From Patescibacteria group bacterium (GTDB taxonomy: Bacteria > Patescibacteriota > Patescibacteriia > Patescibacteriales > JBAZCA01): 64,000 bases of DNA. The position numbers were made by a program, and so were the translations under genes. Every line of letters begins with the position of its first letter. The first letter of the stretch is position 1. A model generated the notes under the pieces. That model had not been told where the DNA came from. It did no database searches and saw nothing but the letters and a program-made list of their open reading frames with translations. Positions 9,129 to 18,422 of this stretch are shown here, one piece after another. The DNA lies in contig JBAZUL010000005.1 of the NCBI GenBank assembly GCA_041661405.1, positions 3,164-67,163 on the forward strand, given 5' to 3'.

Positions 9129-9224
9129 CGAAAATATTATACCAATTTTTATGCAAACAAAAAAGCCCGATTCCCGTTAGGGTTTCGGACTTTGGGAGTT
9201 CAATAGAATCCGCACTTAACATTT
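9082..9224. repeat. 143-bp element bounded by perfect 18-bp inverted repeats (MITE-like or alternative RNA pairing)
   Basis: AATGTTAAGTGCGGATTC at 9082-9099 is the exact reverse complement of 9207-9224. The left arm sits inside the loop of the 9056-9128 hairpin. Confidence 0.6.
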
Positions 9225-9299
9225 TTAGTATAGCAAATCTATACCTTGTGTCAATACCTTAAAATAACCCTAATTATTAAATAAATTTTTTAAATAAAC

Positions 9300-10613
9300 T
9301 TAAAACCTCAATAACTTCCCAAACTTCTTCTCTTCATCCTTATACGGCCCGATAATCGCGAGGTTAAGGTTTTGGGTTTTAAAAATCTCCCGCGCCAAAT
9401 CGCGGATCTCTCCGGCTCGCACCCCGTCCACTTTGCGGAAAAATTCTTTCGGGGTGAGTATTTCTTTTTTATAATCCGGCGCGCCTCCCGAGGCTTCGGC
9501 TTTTTCCAAGGCCAAAACCGCCTGCCGGCCGTACCAGGAAGCGATGGAGTCGGATGATTCAAGATGGATAGCCATCCGGCCCTTTACGAGATCCTTAACT
9601 CTTCTTAACTCCGCCGTTTTTACCGGCTCCCGGGCGATTCTTTTTAATTCCCGGAGGATTATTTCAATTGATTCTTCAATTTTTTCCACGCGCAATCCGG
9701 CCTGAGCCGCGAAATATCCGCTATCGCTGTAAAACTCGCTCTGGGCCCGGACGTAATATGCGAGGCCGCGGCGCTCCCGCAATTCAGTAAAAAGCCGGGA
9801 GCCCATGGAGCCGCCTAAAATCACGCCGAGCATCTTCTCAGCCATCTCGGTTTCAGCGCCGTAAGGAAAAGACCGTACGCCGAGCATGAGATGAGCCTGG
9901 TCGGTTTTTTTATAACTCACTTTTACCCGGGGATTTTTTTGCGCTTCAATAACCGCGGCTTTTTTAATCCTCCGCGCTTTACCTAATCCGGAAAAATATT
10001 TTAGAAGAAGATTATGGATTTTTTTCTCGTTAATATTCCCGGCCGCGGCAATTATCATGTTCCCGGCGCCGTACTGCGATGAAACATAGCTTAAAAAATT
10101 TTCGCGCCGCAAACCCGTAATAGTTTTTTTCGTTCCGATAATTTCCCAGCCGGCCGGAGAGTCGCCGTAAAGGCATTCTTCAAAAACATCATCAATATGC
10201 ATGATCGGATTATCTTCGTACATGTTTAGCTCTTCAATTATAACGCCTTTTTCCCGTTCAATTTCCCGGGCGTCAAACTTTGAATTCTTCATCATGTCGC
10301 TTATGATCTCAACGCCTTTTTCCAGGTTTTTTACGCCGACTTTGACCCAGAAACCGGTAAATTCTTTAGTGGTAAAAGCGTTGTTTTCCGAACCGATGGA
10401 ATCAAAAGCATTGGCAATCGCCTGGGCGGTCGGCCGCTTCCGGGTGCCTTTGAAAAACATGTGTTCTAAAAAATGGGATACCCCGTTATTTTCCCGGTTT
10501 TCAAATTTTGAGCCGGTCGCAACCATGATTAAAACCGTCGCCGTCTCGGTTCCTTTTACGGGCGCGGTTATAATCTGCAGGCCGTTTTTCAGGGTGCTTA
10601 ATTTATAATTCAT
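9300..10613 (-). CDS. M16 (pitrilysin/insulinase) family zinc peptidase
   Basis: 437 aa with the inverted zinc motif HFLEHMFFKGT (HxxEH) near the N-terminus and a two-domain M16 layout. Confidence 0.9.
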   Translation of the reverse strand: MNYKLSTLKNGLQIITAPVKGTETATVLIMVATGSKFENRENNGVSHFLEHMFFKGTRKRPTAQAIANAFDSIGSENNAFTTKEFTGFWVKVGVKNLEKGVEIISDMMKNSKFDAREIEREKGVIIEELNMYEDNPIMHIDDVFEECLYGDSPAGWEIIGTKKTITGLRRENFLSYVSSQYGAGNMIIAAAGNINEKKIHNLLLKYFSGLGKARRIKKAAVIEAQKNPRVKVSYKKTDQAHLMLGVRSFPYGAETEMAEKMLGVILGGSMGSRLFTELRERRGLAYYVRAQSEFYSDSGYFAAQAGLRVEKIEESIEIILRELKRIAREPVKTAELRRVKDLVKGRMAIHLESSDSIASWYGRQAVLALEKAEASGGAPDYKKEILTPKEFFRKVDGVRAGEIRDLAREIFKTQNLNLAIIGPYKDEEKKFGKLLRF

Positions 10614-10855
10614 ATTTTAGCTAACTTTAAATAATAAATTCCATAACCCGCGTATTCCGCCAAAATAACACACCTTGGCTATTAAATTCAGATAATAATA
10701 AATCTACCAGATTTTCCCGGAAATTTCAAGGTAACATCGCTTGAGAAACCGGTTATTAAAACCCAATAAATCCGCCTTGGGGACGGATCAAGCTTTCACG
10801 TTTAAAAGCAATACTCCGGTTTCCGCGATAATAACAATAGACAAACCCGGATATT

Positions 10856-13800
10856 TTATTTTGAAGCGCCGGAGTACGCGATTGCCCGGACAATGTCCCA
10901 GTCGGAAGAACCGTCCGGCGCGCGCTTAAAAACATTTTTAAAGGTAAGCAAAGCGGCGGCCTCTTTCAATATTGAACGGCTGGCCGGACGAAGCCCATAA
11001 GCCATGATCATTATGGCGTTCTGATCAATATTATTTGTTGAAGCATTCCTTGAAAAAATCTTCATAAAATTGTCTTTGGCTTTTTTTTCGGCTTGCGCGC
11101 TTTTTTTATCCGGCCAGCGGCCGCCGGCGATTTTAATTATATCCTGCCAATCATAAATTGTTCGGGGCAAATTTCCGCCATTAGCGGAAATAAATGAGCC
11201 TATTACTCCGGCCCGCTCGCCGGAGCCCAGCCTTCTGGTCGTCGGCGTTCCGTAATAAATGAAATAGGCTAAAGCGTATTTTTCCGACTGGCTCACTGTT
11301 TCTTTACTTTTTCCCTTTTCCATCAGATTCGCGTATAATCCTTTGCCTTTATCATCCAGTGGAACCAGTTGATCAAAGCTGGTGACTGAAATAGCCTCGG
11401 ACAAACTGATTTCTCCGGCCAGACTGGAGTTAAGCCCATAAAGGCTCGAGTAGCCGGGATAATTAAAAATTTTATCTCCTAAAACCTCTTTGGAAAAATT
11501 ATTAGCATTAATGATATTTTCTAAATTGACGGCCGTATTCGCGTCCGTAAATCTTCCGGCCGATCCGCCGCTTGCAGAATCGCCTCCGGTCCATCCTCCG
11601 CCGCCTCCGCCGGAATTTGTTTGATAAACGCAGGATTCGGTTAAAACCGGATCCCCCCCGCTGCAACCTTCAGGCAATCCGGAAAGCGCTGTTCTTTGCC
11701 TGGTGTTGTCCGGTTGGCAGGCTGACCAGTCGGAATAAGCGAAACTTTCACAAACAACTACATTCCCTGCCAAGCAAGAACCGTCAGTCTGGCAGGTTCT
11801 GTTCGCGGGACAGCCGCACCGTGAGCAGTCGTTCTTTAAAATGCCCTGGTCGCAAAATTGGGGTTTAACGGCGGAGCATTGATTATAAGGGGTGGAGTCG
11901 GAGCAGACTTGGCTTGGTAGTATTAAATCAACAAATTGCTTCTTTATTTCCGCGACTTGATTAATGCCCATATTTGGATTTAATGACCACCCGTAAAATC
12001 CGACATTGTCCGTTATGTCTGAATTTTTGATAAAAAAATCATATTGTTTCTGAAGGCTATTTTCAGCGTTCATATCCGGAATTGGATCCTTGTCCGGATC
12101 TCTTCTGTTAAAAGCCCGTAGCGTGATGATTACCGGAAAATTACTTTTTTTATTCGCCTTAAAAAATTTAATCAGGTCTTCTTGCGATTTTTCAATTTTT
12201 CCACGGACGTAATGATGGATATCTAAAATATCAAATGCTTTTTCGGTATAATAATTGTCATAACCCTCTTGAGTATTTATGTTCGTGTTTAAAAAAATTG
12301 GATGGACAGGATCAATATTTTTTATGAAGCGGTATGTGTATTCCTGGGATGATTTATTGACTTTTTTTATCTTTGGCTCGTCAAATGTCATCCAGGCTAA
12401 AACTGCATCATTATTTTTCCATTTATTTATAAAGTCGGAGATGGATATGTCTTGACCGCTGTCCGACTTTATGATTTTGGTAGGCCGCCAGCTACCCTCG
12501 CCTGTTTTACAAATGCCATCGCTCGTACAGTCCGACCTGTCGTCGCAAGAGCATTTATTGAAAATAACGACTGAAACCATTACTTTCATGGAATGCTTTT
12601 TAGCTAAGTCCAAATATTTACTTATTTCTTCATCTTTCCATTTAGCAATATTACTGTCTTGGATGGTGTTAATGCCGGCTTCTTGAAAAAATTTTAACTC
12701 TTCATCAGACGTGTCCCTTTTTACCTGCCACATCACCTTGATCGGAGCAGAAAGAGAAAATGAACAGTTGCCGTTGTTCTGGCAAGAAAAATTTTCGGGA
12801 CAGCCGCACCGTGAGCAGTCGTTCTTTAAAATGCCTTGGCTGCAGAATTGGGGTTTGGCGGCGGAACATTGATTATAAGGGGTGGAGTCGGAGCAGACTT
12901 GTCCCCGGTTTTTACAAATTTCAAACACGGGCGAAGCATCAAGCTTAAAGGAACCGGATGTTATCTTATTACCCTGATAATCATACCGTTCGCAACCGGC
13001 GTCAATACCCCCTATTGCCGCGGATTCCGGTTTTGCCGACCACAATACGGTTGTCTTCTTGTCCTTAAACTCAAAGCTAAACTTGAATATATCCGGACTG
13101 GAAAGATTTTTTTTATAAATTACCCTGTCATCAAAAAAATTCATTAAAGCGGCGAAAGCTTTGAGGTTCCTTTCGATAGGCTGTCCATTGTCTTCGATTA
13201 ATGCGCCGTCATTACTGCCTTCGCCGACTCCGTTATTGGAAAACCATATAATAGGACTGACATCCATCATAAGCAATTGCGAAACTTTTTTCACCATTTC
13301 ACGGCCGCTCTCCTGCCCTTCCCTGGATCCGATCTCGTTGGAAAAAACCGGCTTAGTGTCTTTGCTTTTATCCTTTATGTAGTTGATTATTCTGGCGATG
13401 TTAGACGAATCCTGGTAATGATGGAAATTGATCAAATCCCCGATACCGAAGATTTCCGCCTCAACCAGCGCTTTGCCATTCGTAAAAGCTATGCCTTGAC
13501 CCTCGGTATTCCGGGATAAATTATCAAGGACATATCCCTGCAGGCCGCCATCCGCGACTTTAATTTCCGGATCAATATCATGCACGGCTTTTACCGCGGT
13601 CTTAAATAAACGAATATACTGGTCCGGCGTACCGCACCAGAAAAAAGGAGAATTCATCTCATTCTCTATCACGACAGTTTCAAAATTAACGCCCTTATCT
13701 TTGAAATGTTTTATGGTTGATTTAACGAAGGTGTAATAATTCTTGCTGTAAGCATGTTCCGCGTTGTATTCCGGACTCAGATCTTTAGGCAGCGCGGAGG

Positions 13801-14302
13801 CTTTGTAATTCGCTTCGGTTTCTTTTTTGCATACGATTTTCGGGGTAATCGGCTTTCCCCTGTCGTTTCGCACTCCCCCCGCAACGGGATATAGCGCCCA
13901 ACTGCCTTCTCCTGTTTTCGCGTTTGCCAAACCGGTCCGGATTGAAGGAATAACTTTTTTCCCGGCTCCGTTAAGATTCACTATCTGTTTTTCCTGCGCG
14001 TTGCTCCATTTAAAATTGTTCACATTTCCATCCCCGTCGTATTCCGGAGCTTTGGGCTGGAAAACAGCCCAGGAAATAGCTGTTCTTACGTAGGAGGCTT
14101 TAATATTAAACCGCGGATCATCATATTCTTTAAAGTAGAAAAATCCAAAGTTAATATTCCGCTCTTTCGGCTCTTCAGCTCTGGATTTCATAACAAAATT
14201 AATATCCGCGCCAGGGCTTTTAACTAAAAAATATCCGGCGGCCAGAAACAGAACAGTCGCGGCTAAAGAAGGGATTATCCTTTTCGTTGTTCTCGTCTCC
14301 AT
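10856..14302 (-). CDS. large secreted multidomain protein: two clan GH-A-like (TIM-barrel glycosidase-like) modules, duplicated Cys-rich modules, a TSP1-like module, a Gly-rich linker and a C-terminal repeat domain
   Basis: 1148 aa with an N-terminal TM/signal (IIPSLAATVLFLAAGYFLV). VVIENEMN and TFDEP motifs resemble clan-A catalytic strands. The module QVCSDSTPYNQCSA.KPQFC.QGILKNDCSRCGCP occurs twice, followed by YSDWSACQP..RQR..C and a GGGGGG linker. Confidence 0.8.
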   Translation of the reverse strand: METRTTKRIIPSLAATVLFLAAGYFLVKSPGADINFVMKSRAEEPKERNINFGFFYFKEYDDPRFNIKASYVRTAISWAVFQPKAPEYDGDGNVNNFKWSNAQEKQIVNLNGAGKKVIPSIRTGLANAKTGEGSWALYPVAGGVRNDRGKPITPKIVCKKETEANYKASALPKDLSPEYNAEHAYSKNYYTFVKSTIKHFKDKGVNFETVVIENEMNSPFFWCGTPDQYIRLFKTAVKAVHDIDPEIKVADGGLQGYVLDNLSRNTEGQGIAFTNGKALVEAEIFGIGDLINFHHYQDSSNIARIINYIKDKSKDTKPVFSNEIGSREGQESGREMVKKVSQLLMMDVSPIIWFSNNGVGEGSNDGALIEDNGQPIERNLKAFAALMNFFDDRVIYKKNLSSPDIFKFSFEFKDKKTTVLWSAKPESAAIGGIDAGCERYDYQGNKITSGSFKLDASPVFEICKNRGQVCSDSTPYNQCSAAKPQFCSQGILKNDCSRCGCPENFSCQNNGNCSFSLSAPIKVMWQVKRDTSDEELKFFQEAGINTIQDSNIAKWKDEEISKYLDLAKKHSMKVMVSVVIFNKCSCDDRSDCTSDGICKTGEGSWRPTKIIKSDSGQDISISDFINKWKNNDAVLAWMTFDEPKIKKVNKSSQEYTYRFIKNIDPVHPIFLNTNINTQEGYDNYYTEKAFDILDIHHYVRGKIEKSQEDLIKFFKANKKSNFPVIITLRAFNRRDPDKDPIPDMNAENSLQKQYDFFIKNSDITDNVGFYGWSLNPNMGINQVAEIKKQFVDLILPSQVCSDSTPYNQCSAVKPQFCDQGILKNDCSRCGCPANRTCQTDGSCLAGNVVVCESFAYSDWSACQPDNTRQRTALSGLPEGCSGGDPVLTESCVYQTNSGGGGGGWTGGDSASGGSAGRFTDANTAVNLENIINANNFSKEVLGDKIFNYPGYSSLYGLNSSLAGEISLSEAISVTSFDQLVPLDDKGKGLYANLMEKGKSKETVSQSEKYALAYFIYYGTPTTRRLGSGERAGVIGSFISANGGNLPRTIYDWQDIIKIAGGRWPDKKSAQAEKKAKDNFMKIFSRNASTNNIDQNAIMIMAYGLRPASRSILKEAAALLTFKNVFKRAPDGSSDWDIVRAIAYSGASK
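11806..11911. repeat. intragenic 106-bp repeat, copy 1 (encodes Cys-rich module 2)
   Basis: Aligns base-for-base with 12796-12901 with 7 mismatches by hand count. Confidence 0.85.
12796..12901. repeat. intragenic 106-bp repeat, copy 2 (encodes Cys-rich module 1)
   Basis: Near-identical to 11806-11911 and 990 bp away, in the same gene and the same frame. Confidence 0.85.
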
Positions 14303-14499
14303 ATTTTTCCCGGGTTGCGCTTTCGCATTTTCCCTTTCGCGATGATCACAAACCCGAATAAATAATCAACTTGGAACTTTCCTCCTTAATATTCATGAAC
14401 TCAATCTTAAAAACCCTTCATTAAGGATTCATTAAAGCAAATCTAGCCTGAATTTTAAAAAAAATCAAGTTCGCTAGTCTGCTAGTTTCTTCATCATTC

Positions 14500-14889
14500 T
14501 CACTTCCAAAAATTTTCCCTTATCTCACTTATATCCTTTTTCACCCGCCCGGTAAGCTCTTCTTCGTTTTTAAATTTTATCGCTTCCCTCATTTTCTCCC
14601 CGATTTCCACGCTGATTTCTTTCCCGTACAAGTCTCCGGAAAAATCTAAAATATGCGCTTCCAGCGTTTCCCCGCCCGGCAGGATAAACAAAGCCGCCCG
14701 ATAGTCCGCCCCGCCGAATCTAACGCGGCCGAAATAAACCCCGCTTTCAATTTTTTCTTTTAAAAAAATATTAGCCGTCGGAAACCCAAACTCCGCCCCC
14801 TTGCCCTTGCCTTTAATGACTATGCCTTTAACTGTTTTCATACATAACAAGAGGGCGAATTCACCCTCTAATAAACAATATTTATCCAT
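14500..14889 (-). CDS. stand-alone riboflavin kinase (RibF C-terminal-domain type)
   Basis: The motifs GKGKGAEFGFPTANI, GVYFG, LEAHILDFSGDLYG and IKFKNEEEL match the riboflavin kinase domain. An alternative start at 14841 (MKTVKG) is plausible. Confidence 0.8.
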   Translation of the reverse strand: MDKYCLLEGEFALLLCMKTVKGIVIKGKGKGAEFGFPTANIFLKEKIESGVYFGRVRFGGADYRAALFILPGGETLEAHILDFSGDLYGKEISVEIGEKMREAIKFKNEEELTGRVKKDISEIRENFWK

Positions 14890-14896
14890 ATTCTTC

Positions 14897-15050
14897 TATG
14901 CGGAACGATTTATTTCATTTTCGAAGCGAGGCTTGTGTCGCGCTGACAAAGCGACTCCTAATTCGTGAAGAAACCATATAGTATTACAAAATTATCAGAA
15001 AGTCTGCTTAGACTTCCGGAGCGAGAAAATGAAATAAATCGTTCCGCATA
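14897..15050. repeat. 154-bp element with perfect 26-bp terminal inverted repeats flanked by CTTC direct repeats (MITE-like)
   Basis: TATGCGGAACGATTTATTTCATTTTC at 14897-14922 is the exact reverse complement of 15025-15050. CTTC lies at 14893-14896 and 15051-15054. Internal hairpins are GTCGC..GCGAC and AAGTCTgcttAGACTT. Confidence 0.75.
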
Positions 15051-15055
15051 CTTCC

Positions 15056-15652
15056 TCATTTCTCGTACTCCAAAATCGCCCCGAGCACTTTTGAGTCCTC
15101 TCCGAGCGGTTCCATGTAGATGACCTGCGAGCGGACGACATTCATACTGCCGGTCGGGCCGTGCGTTTCTTTTCCGCGTTTTACGAGCTTCAGGCTGGCG
15201 GTCTCGTCAACTTCTTTTTTATCGTCCCGGGTCTGCTCGTAATTATAGTAAACATTTTCAATCACAATCGGGTCGGCTTTAGTGTCTTTAACCTGGCCGT
15301 AAAAAATTTCTCCGTCCACCATCTTAACCGCGTACCAGCCGCTGGCCGCGGCAAAATTATTTTCCGGCATGCCGGCTGTCGGCGCTCCGCGGAAAAATAT
15401 CCACCAAGCCCCAAAACCGGCTAAAGCGAAAACCGCGAGGACGAATAAAATCCTCCAAACCGAACCGCCCGAGTTTTTTTCAACCGGCCGGGATATTTTC
15501 TGAAGATCCTTTTTATTTTCTTCTCTTTCCTGCCCGTAAATATTTTCTATCGGATCTTCTTTGGGTTTTTTGAAAAATTTCTTTTTCCGCTCCATCTCTT
15601 TCCGCTCCATCTCCTCTTTTAAATTTACGGTTTGGGAAAAATTGTCAGCCAT
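15056..15652 (-). CDS. membrane-anchored hypothetical protein
   Basis: 198 aa with a charged N-terminus containing a MERKE repeat, one TM helix (VWRILFVLAVFALAGFGAWWIFF) and an extracytoplasmic domain. Confidence 0.6.
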   Translation of the reverse strand: MADNFSQTVNLKEEMERKEMERKKKFFKKPKEDPIENIYGQEREENKKDLQKISRPVEKNSGGSVWRILFVLAVFALAGFGAWWIFFRGAPTAGMPENNFAAASGWYAVKMVDGEIFYGQVKDTKADPIVIENVYYNYEQTRDDKKEVDETASLKLVKRGKETHGPTGSMNVVRSQVIYMEPLGEDSKVLGAILEYEK

Positions 15653-15753
15653 ATCATTAGTTCAAAGTTCTCCGCCCATGGCGGATCCGCCTTTGGCGGA
15701 AAAGTTAAAAATATTTTTTCCGGCTTTCCATGTTTAACCGGAATTATAAATTA

Positions 15754-16794
15754 TTACTGGTTGCCATTTTCGGCCACCGGAGCTTGAACAGGGTCGGACT
15801 CAGAAGCCGGCGCCGGATTACCCGGTAATTCCATAATCTTAACATCTTCCGGCTCGCTCTGTCCGGTCTGGGCGTTTTCCCCGGTTTCGGAATTATTATT
15901 GCCAGAGCCGGCGTTATCACCGGACGGCAACGGAGTTTCCGCGCCTTCACCAGCATTAACATCTTGAGTCTCCGCGCCATCCGCCGCCGCTGAATTTTCC
16001 CCGTTGGCGCTCCCTTCCCCTGAATCACAGGCATCGCCAATACCGTCGGCGTCAGTATCTTCCTGCCCCGAATTGGCAGAGTTCGGACAATTATCGTTCG
16101 CGCCAAAAATATTATCAGAATCCGGGTCATTCTCGGCGATATAACTATTGTAAATTTCAGTCAGGCTATCTGAGTCCGAACCGTTGCTCCCGTCGGTTGA
16201 ATTCGTTCCGCTGGGAACGGCGGCGGTTAATGCCGCAATATCCGCCGTAGCCGGCAGTTCAATTTTTTTAACCGGGCTATAGCCGGGAAAAACCGCGCCG
16301 GCCAAATCAAGGGTCTTTCCAATCAGTCCCGAATATTCGGTTACTTCCTCCCTTTTCTTCAGTCCTTCAGCCAAAGCTTTTTCTTTTTCCGCCGATAAGT
16401 TTTTTATTCTGGCGCCGCGGATGTCTTTAAATTCGTCCGCCAGCCAGACCCCCAAATCTCCTTCCAGGTCGCGGGAAACTTTTATGGTTTTTTCGCGGAT
16501 CCCGTATTGCCAGGCGTTATTGACGGCGGAGATGTCAAGATATGTAAAAGTAACAAAAAAATATTTTTCGTCGCTCTCAATTTTCTCAATTTTAAAATCC
16601 ATGTCATGGCTTTCCAAATCAACCGTCAGAAGAAGCGAATTATCCACCCCTTCAACGCGCGTTTGTTTTTGGCCGATGGCATCCGGCTCGGCCGCGAAAA
16701 CTCCGGCTCCGAATATAAAAATTACGGCAAAAATAATCATTGTCGCGTTATTATACTTAATGAAATCAATGATTTTAGAGGCGGATTTTGGCAT
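15754..16794 (-). CDS. secreted/anchored protein with thrombospondin type-3-like calcium-binding repeat
   Basis: 346 aa with an N-terminal TM helix. The C-terminal region DPDSDNIFGANDNCPNSANSGQEDTDADGIGDACD fits the TSP3 DxDxDGxxDxxD pattern. Confidence 0.7.
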   Translation of the reverse strand: MPKSASKIIDFIKYNNATMIIFAVIFIFGAGVFAAEPDAIGQKQTRVEGVDNSLLLTVDLESHDMDFKIEKIESDEKYFFVTFTYLDISAVNNAWQYGIREKTIKVSRDLEGDLGVWLADEFKDIRGARIKNLSAEKEKALAEGLKKREEVTEYSGLIGKTLDLAGAVFPGYSPVKKIELPATADIAALTAAVPSGTNSTDGSNGSDSDSLTEIYNSYIAENDPDSDNIFGANDNCPNSANSGQEDTDADGIGDACDSGEGSANGENSAAADGAETQDVNAGEGAETPLPSGDNAGSGNNNSETGENAQTGQSEPEDVKIMELPGNPAPASESDPVQAPVAENGNQ

Positions 16795-16895
16795 ATTTAA
16801 TGTTTTGCTTTTATCCCTTTCATTATACTATTTTTTACTTTTCCCGGCAACTCTCTCTCGTTTAGTTGCGCGCTCAGCATCAGACTTCTCCGCCC

Positions 16896-18335
16896 TCATT
16901 CGCGGCTTTCTTCTTTGGTAAATTTTACTTTCACCAGCCTGCCGACGAGATTTTTTCCGCGGGCCGCTCTACTGTTTTCGTTCCCCTGATCAGCCGCGCC
17001 GCCCATGATCCGCGATTTATGGAAACAAACGTCAAAGTAATGTTCCGATTTGCCGATAAGTTTATCGCCCGACTTTTTCCCACTCACGACTACTATAAGA
17101 CCGCGGCCGATAAATCTCTTTTCATACTCGCGAGACAATCTATCACCGAGCGCTTTAAGCTTTTTTACCCGTTCGCGTTTTATTTCATCGCTAACGGCTC
17201 CCGGCATTTTCGCGGCCGGAGTTTTTTCGTGCGCTGAAAATGGAAAAACATGCAAACGGCTGAACTTCATTTCTTTTATAAAATTATAAGTGTCCATGAA
17301 ATCAGCTCCTGTTTCACCGGGGAATCCGATGATCACGTCCGTAGTAAGCGCCACATCCGGCGCGGCCTTTCTTATTTTTTCCACCCGCTCGCGGAAAAAT
17401 TCACGATCATACGGCCGGTTCATGAGCTTTAAAATCTTGTCCGAACCCGACTGCAAAGGAATATGCAGATGCTTGCACATTTTCTTGTCCTCGGCCATCA
17501 AGCCGATCAGTTCCCCGCTCACTTCGGTAATTTCAATAGAGCTCAGCCTGATCCGTCCTAAATTTTTTATTTTAAAAATTTTTTTAAGCAAACCTCCCAG
17601 ATTTATTTTTCCCTCGGATCCGCTGATTCCGCATTTTTTCCCCGCCTTGATATCAGACAGGTTTTTAAAATCTTTTCCGTAAAGCCCGAGATGGATTCCG
17701 CACAAAACAATCTCCCGGTAGCCGCTCCCGGTCGCCTCGCCGATTTCCTTAAGTATTTCATCCATGCCCCGACTTTTTAGTTTTCCCCGGGCGTAGGGAA
17801 TTACGCAGTACGAGCAATACTGTTCGCACCCGTCCTGGACTTTAATAAAATATCTTGATTTGTCATTAAGCGCGAGACTCCCGCCGGAACCATGGCTTAA
17901 AAACAGCTCCGGATTCTCGCCGGAACTTTGAACTTTCTTGTCCTCCGTAGCTTTCTTGTCCGCCATAGCTTCAGCGAAGGAGGATAACTTTAAATTTTGA
18001 ACTTTGAACTTTGCGATAACAGCATCCATTTCCCGGTCATCCTTAACGATTATCAAGCCGTCCTTTCTGTGTTCATGCGCCTCATAAACCTTTGGCCAAC
18101 AGCCCATTACCGCGATTTTGGCCTTTGGGTTTTCCTTCCGCGCCCGATTAATCGTCCGCCTTCCCTTTTGGATAGCTGTTTTGGTTACGGCGCAAGTATT
18201 GATAATTGCCAGGTCAGCGTTTTTTTTAACCAGGCTAAAACCGGCCGCCCCCAGTTTGCCGGCCAAGGATCGCGAGTCATACTGGTTAACTTTACAGCCG
18301 AGTGTGTAGATTTTATAGCTATTACCCTGAGCCAT
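16896..18335 (-). CDS. mtaB: radical-SAM methylthiotransferase, MtaB-like (MiaB family) with C-terminal TRAM-like region
   Basis: The N-terminus YKIYTLGCKVNQYDS, the radical SAM motif CEQYCSYCVIPYARG and the MTTase layout are present. The start is set at the ATG at 18335 because the track start at 18452 would overlap tRNA-Thr. Confidence 0.85.
   Translation of the reverse strand: MAQGNSYKIYTLGCKVNQYDSRSLAGKLGAAGFSLVKKNADLAIINTCAVTKTAIQKGRRTINRARKENPKAKIAVMGCWPKVYEAHEHRKDGLIIVKDDREMDAVIAKFKVQNLKLSSFAEAMADKKATEDKKVQSSGENPELFLSHGSGGSLALNDKSRYFIKVQDGCEQYCSYCVIPYARGKLKSRGMDEILKEIGEATGSGYREIVLCGIHLGLYGKDFKNLSDIKAGKKCGISGSEGKINLGGLLKKIFKIKNLGRIRLSSIEITEVSGELIGLMAEDKKMCKHLHIPLQSGSDKILKLMNRPYDREFFRERVEKIRKAAPDVALTTDVIIGFPGETGADFMDTYNFIKEMKFSRLHVFPFSAHEKTPAAKMPGAVSDEIKRERVKKLKALGDRLSREYEKRFIGRGLIVVVSGKKSGDKLIGKSEHYFDVCFHKSRIMGGAADQGNENSRAARGKNLVGRLVKVKFTKEESRE
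17923..18012. repeat. repeat-element-derived segment inside the mtaB linker: 14-bp direct repeats flanking a GC hairpin
   Basis: GAACTTTGAACTTT occurs at 17923-17936 and again at 17999-18012. Between them is a CCTCC..GGAGG hairpin. The 15-mer CTTGTCCTCCGTAGC at 17937-17951 recurs at 31896-31910. Confidence 0.7.
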
Positions 18336-18390
18336 CTTATTTTTAAAATGCTCCTGCCAAAAAGCAAGAGCATCAACGTATTCTGGATAA

Positions 18391-18421
18391 ATTGACAATT
18401 GGAAATTGACAATTGGAAATT
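18391..18421. repeat. 14-mer tandem repeat (ATTGACAATTGGAA x2.2) between mtaB and tRNA-Thr
   Basis: Units lie at 18391-18404 and 18405-18418, followed by a partial third unit. Confidence 0.85.
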
Positions 18422-18422
18422 C

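Noticed and set aside
9037-9222. 61-aa minus-strand ORF
   Set aside because: It coincides with the inverted-repeat and hairpin element. It has no SD and an implausible composition.
15744-16130. 128-aa Arg-rich ORF overlapping the TSP3-repeat gene on the same strand
   Set aside because: It is an alternative frame of a better-supported 346-aa ORF. Its composition (runs of R, P, I) is typical of an off-frame reading.
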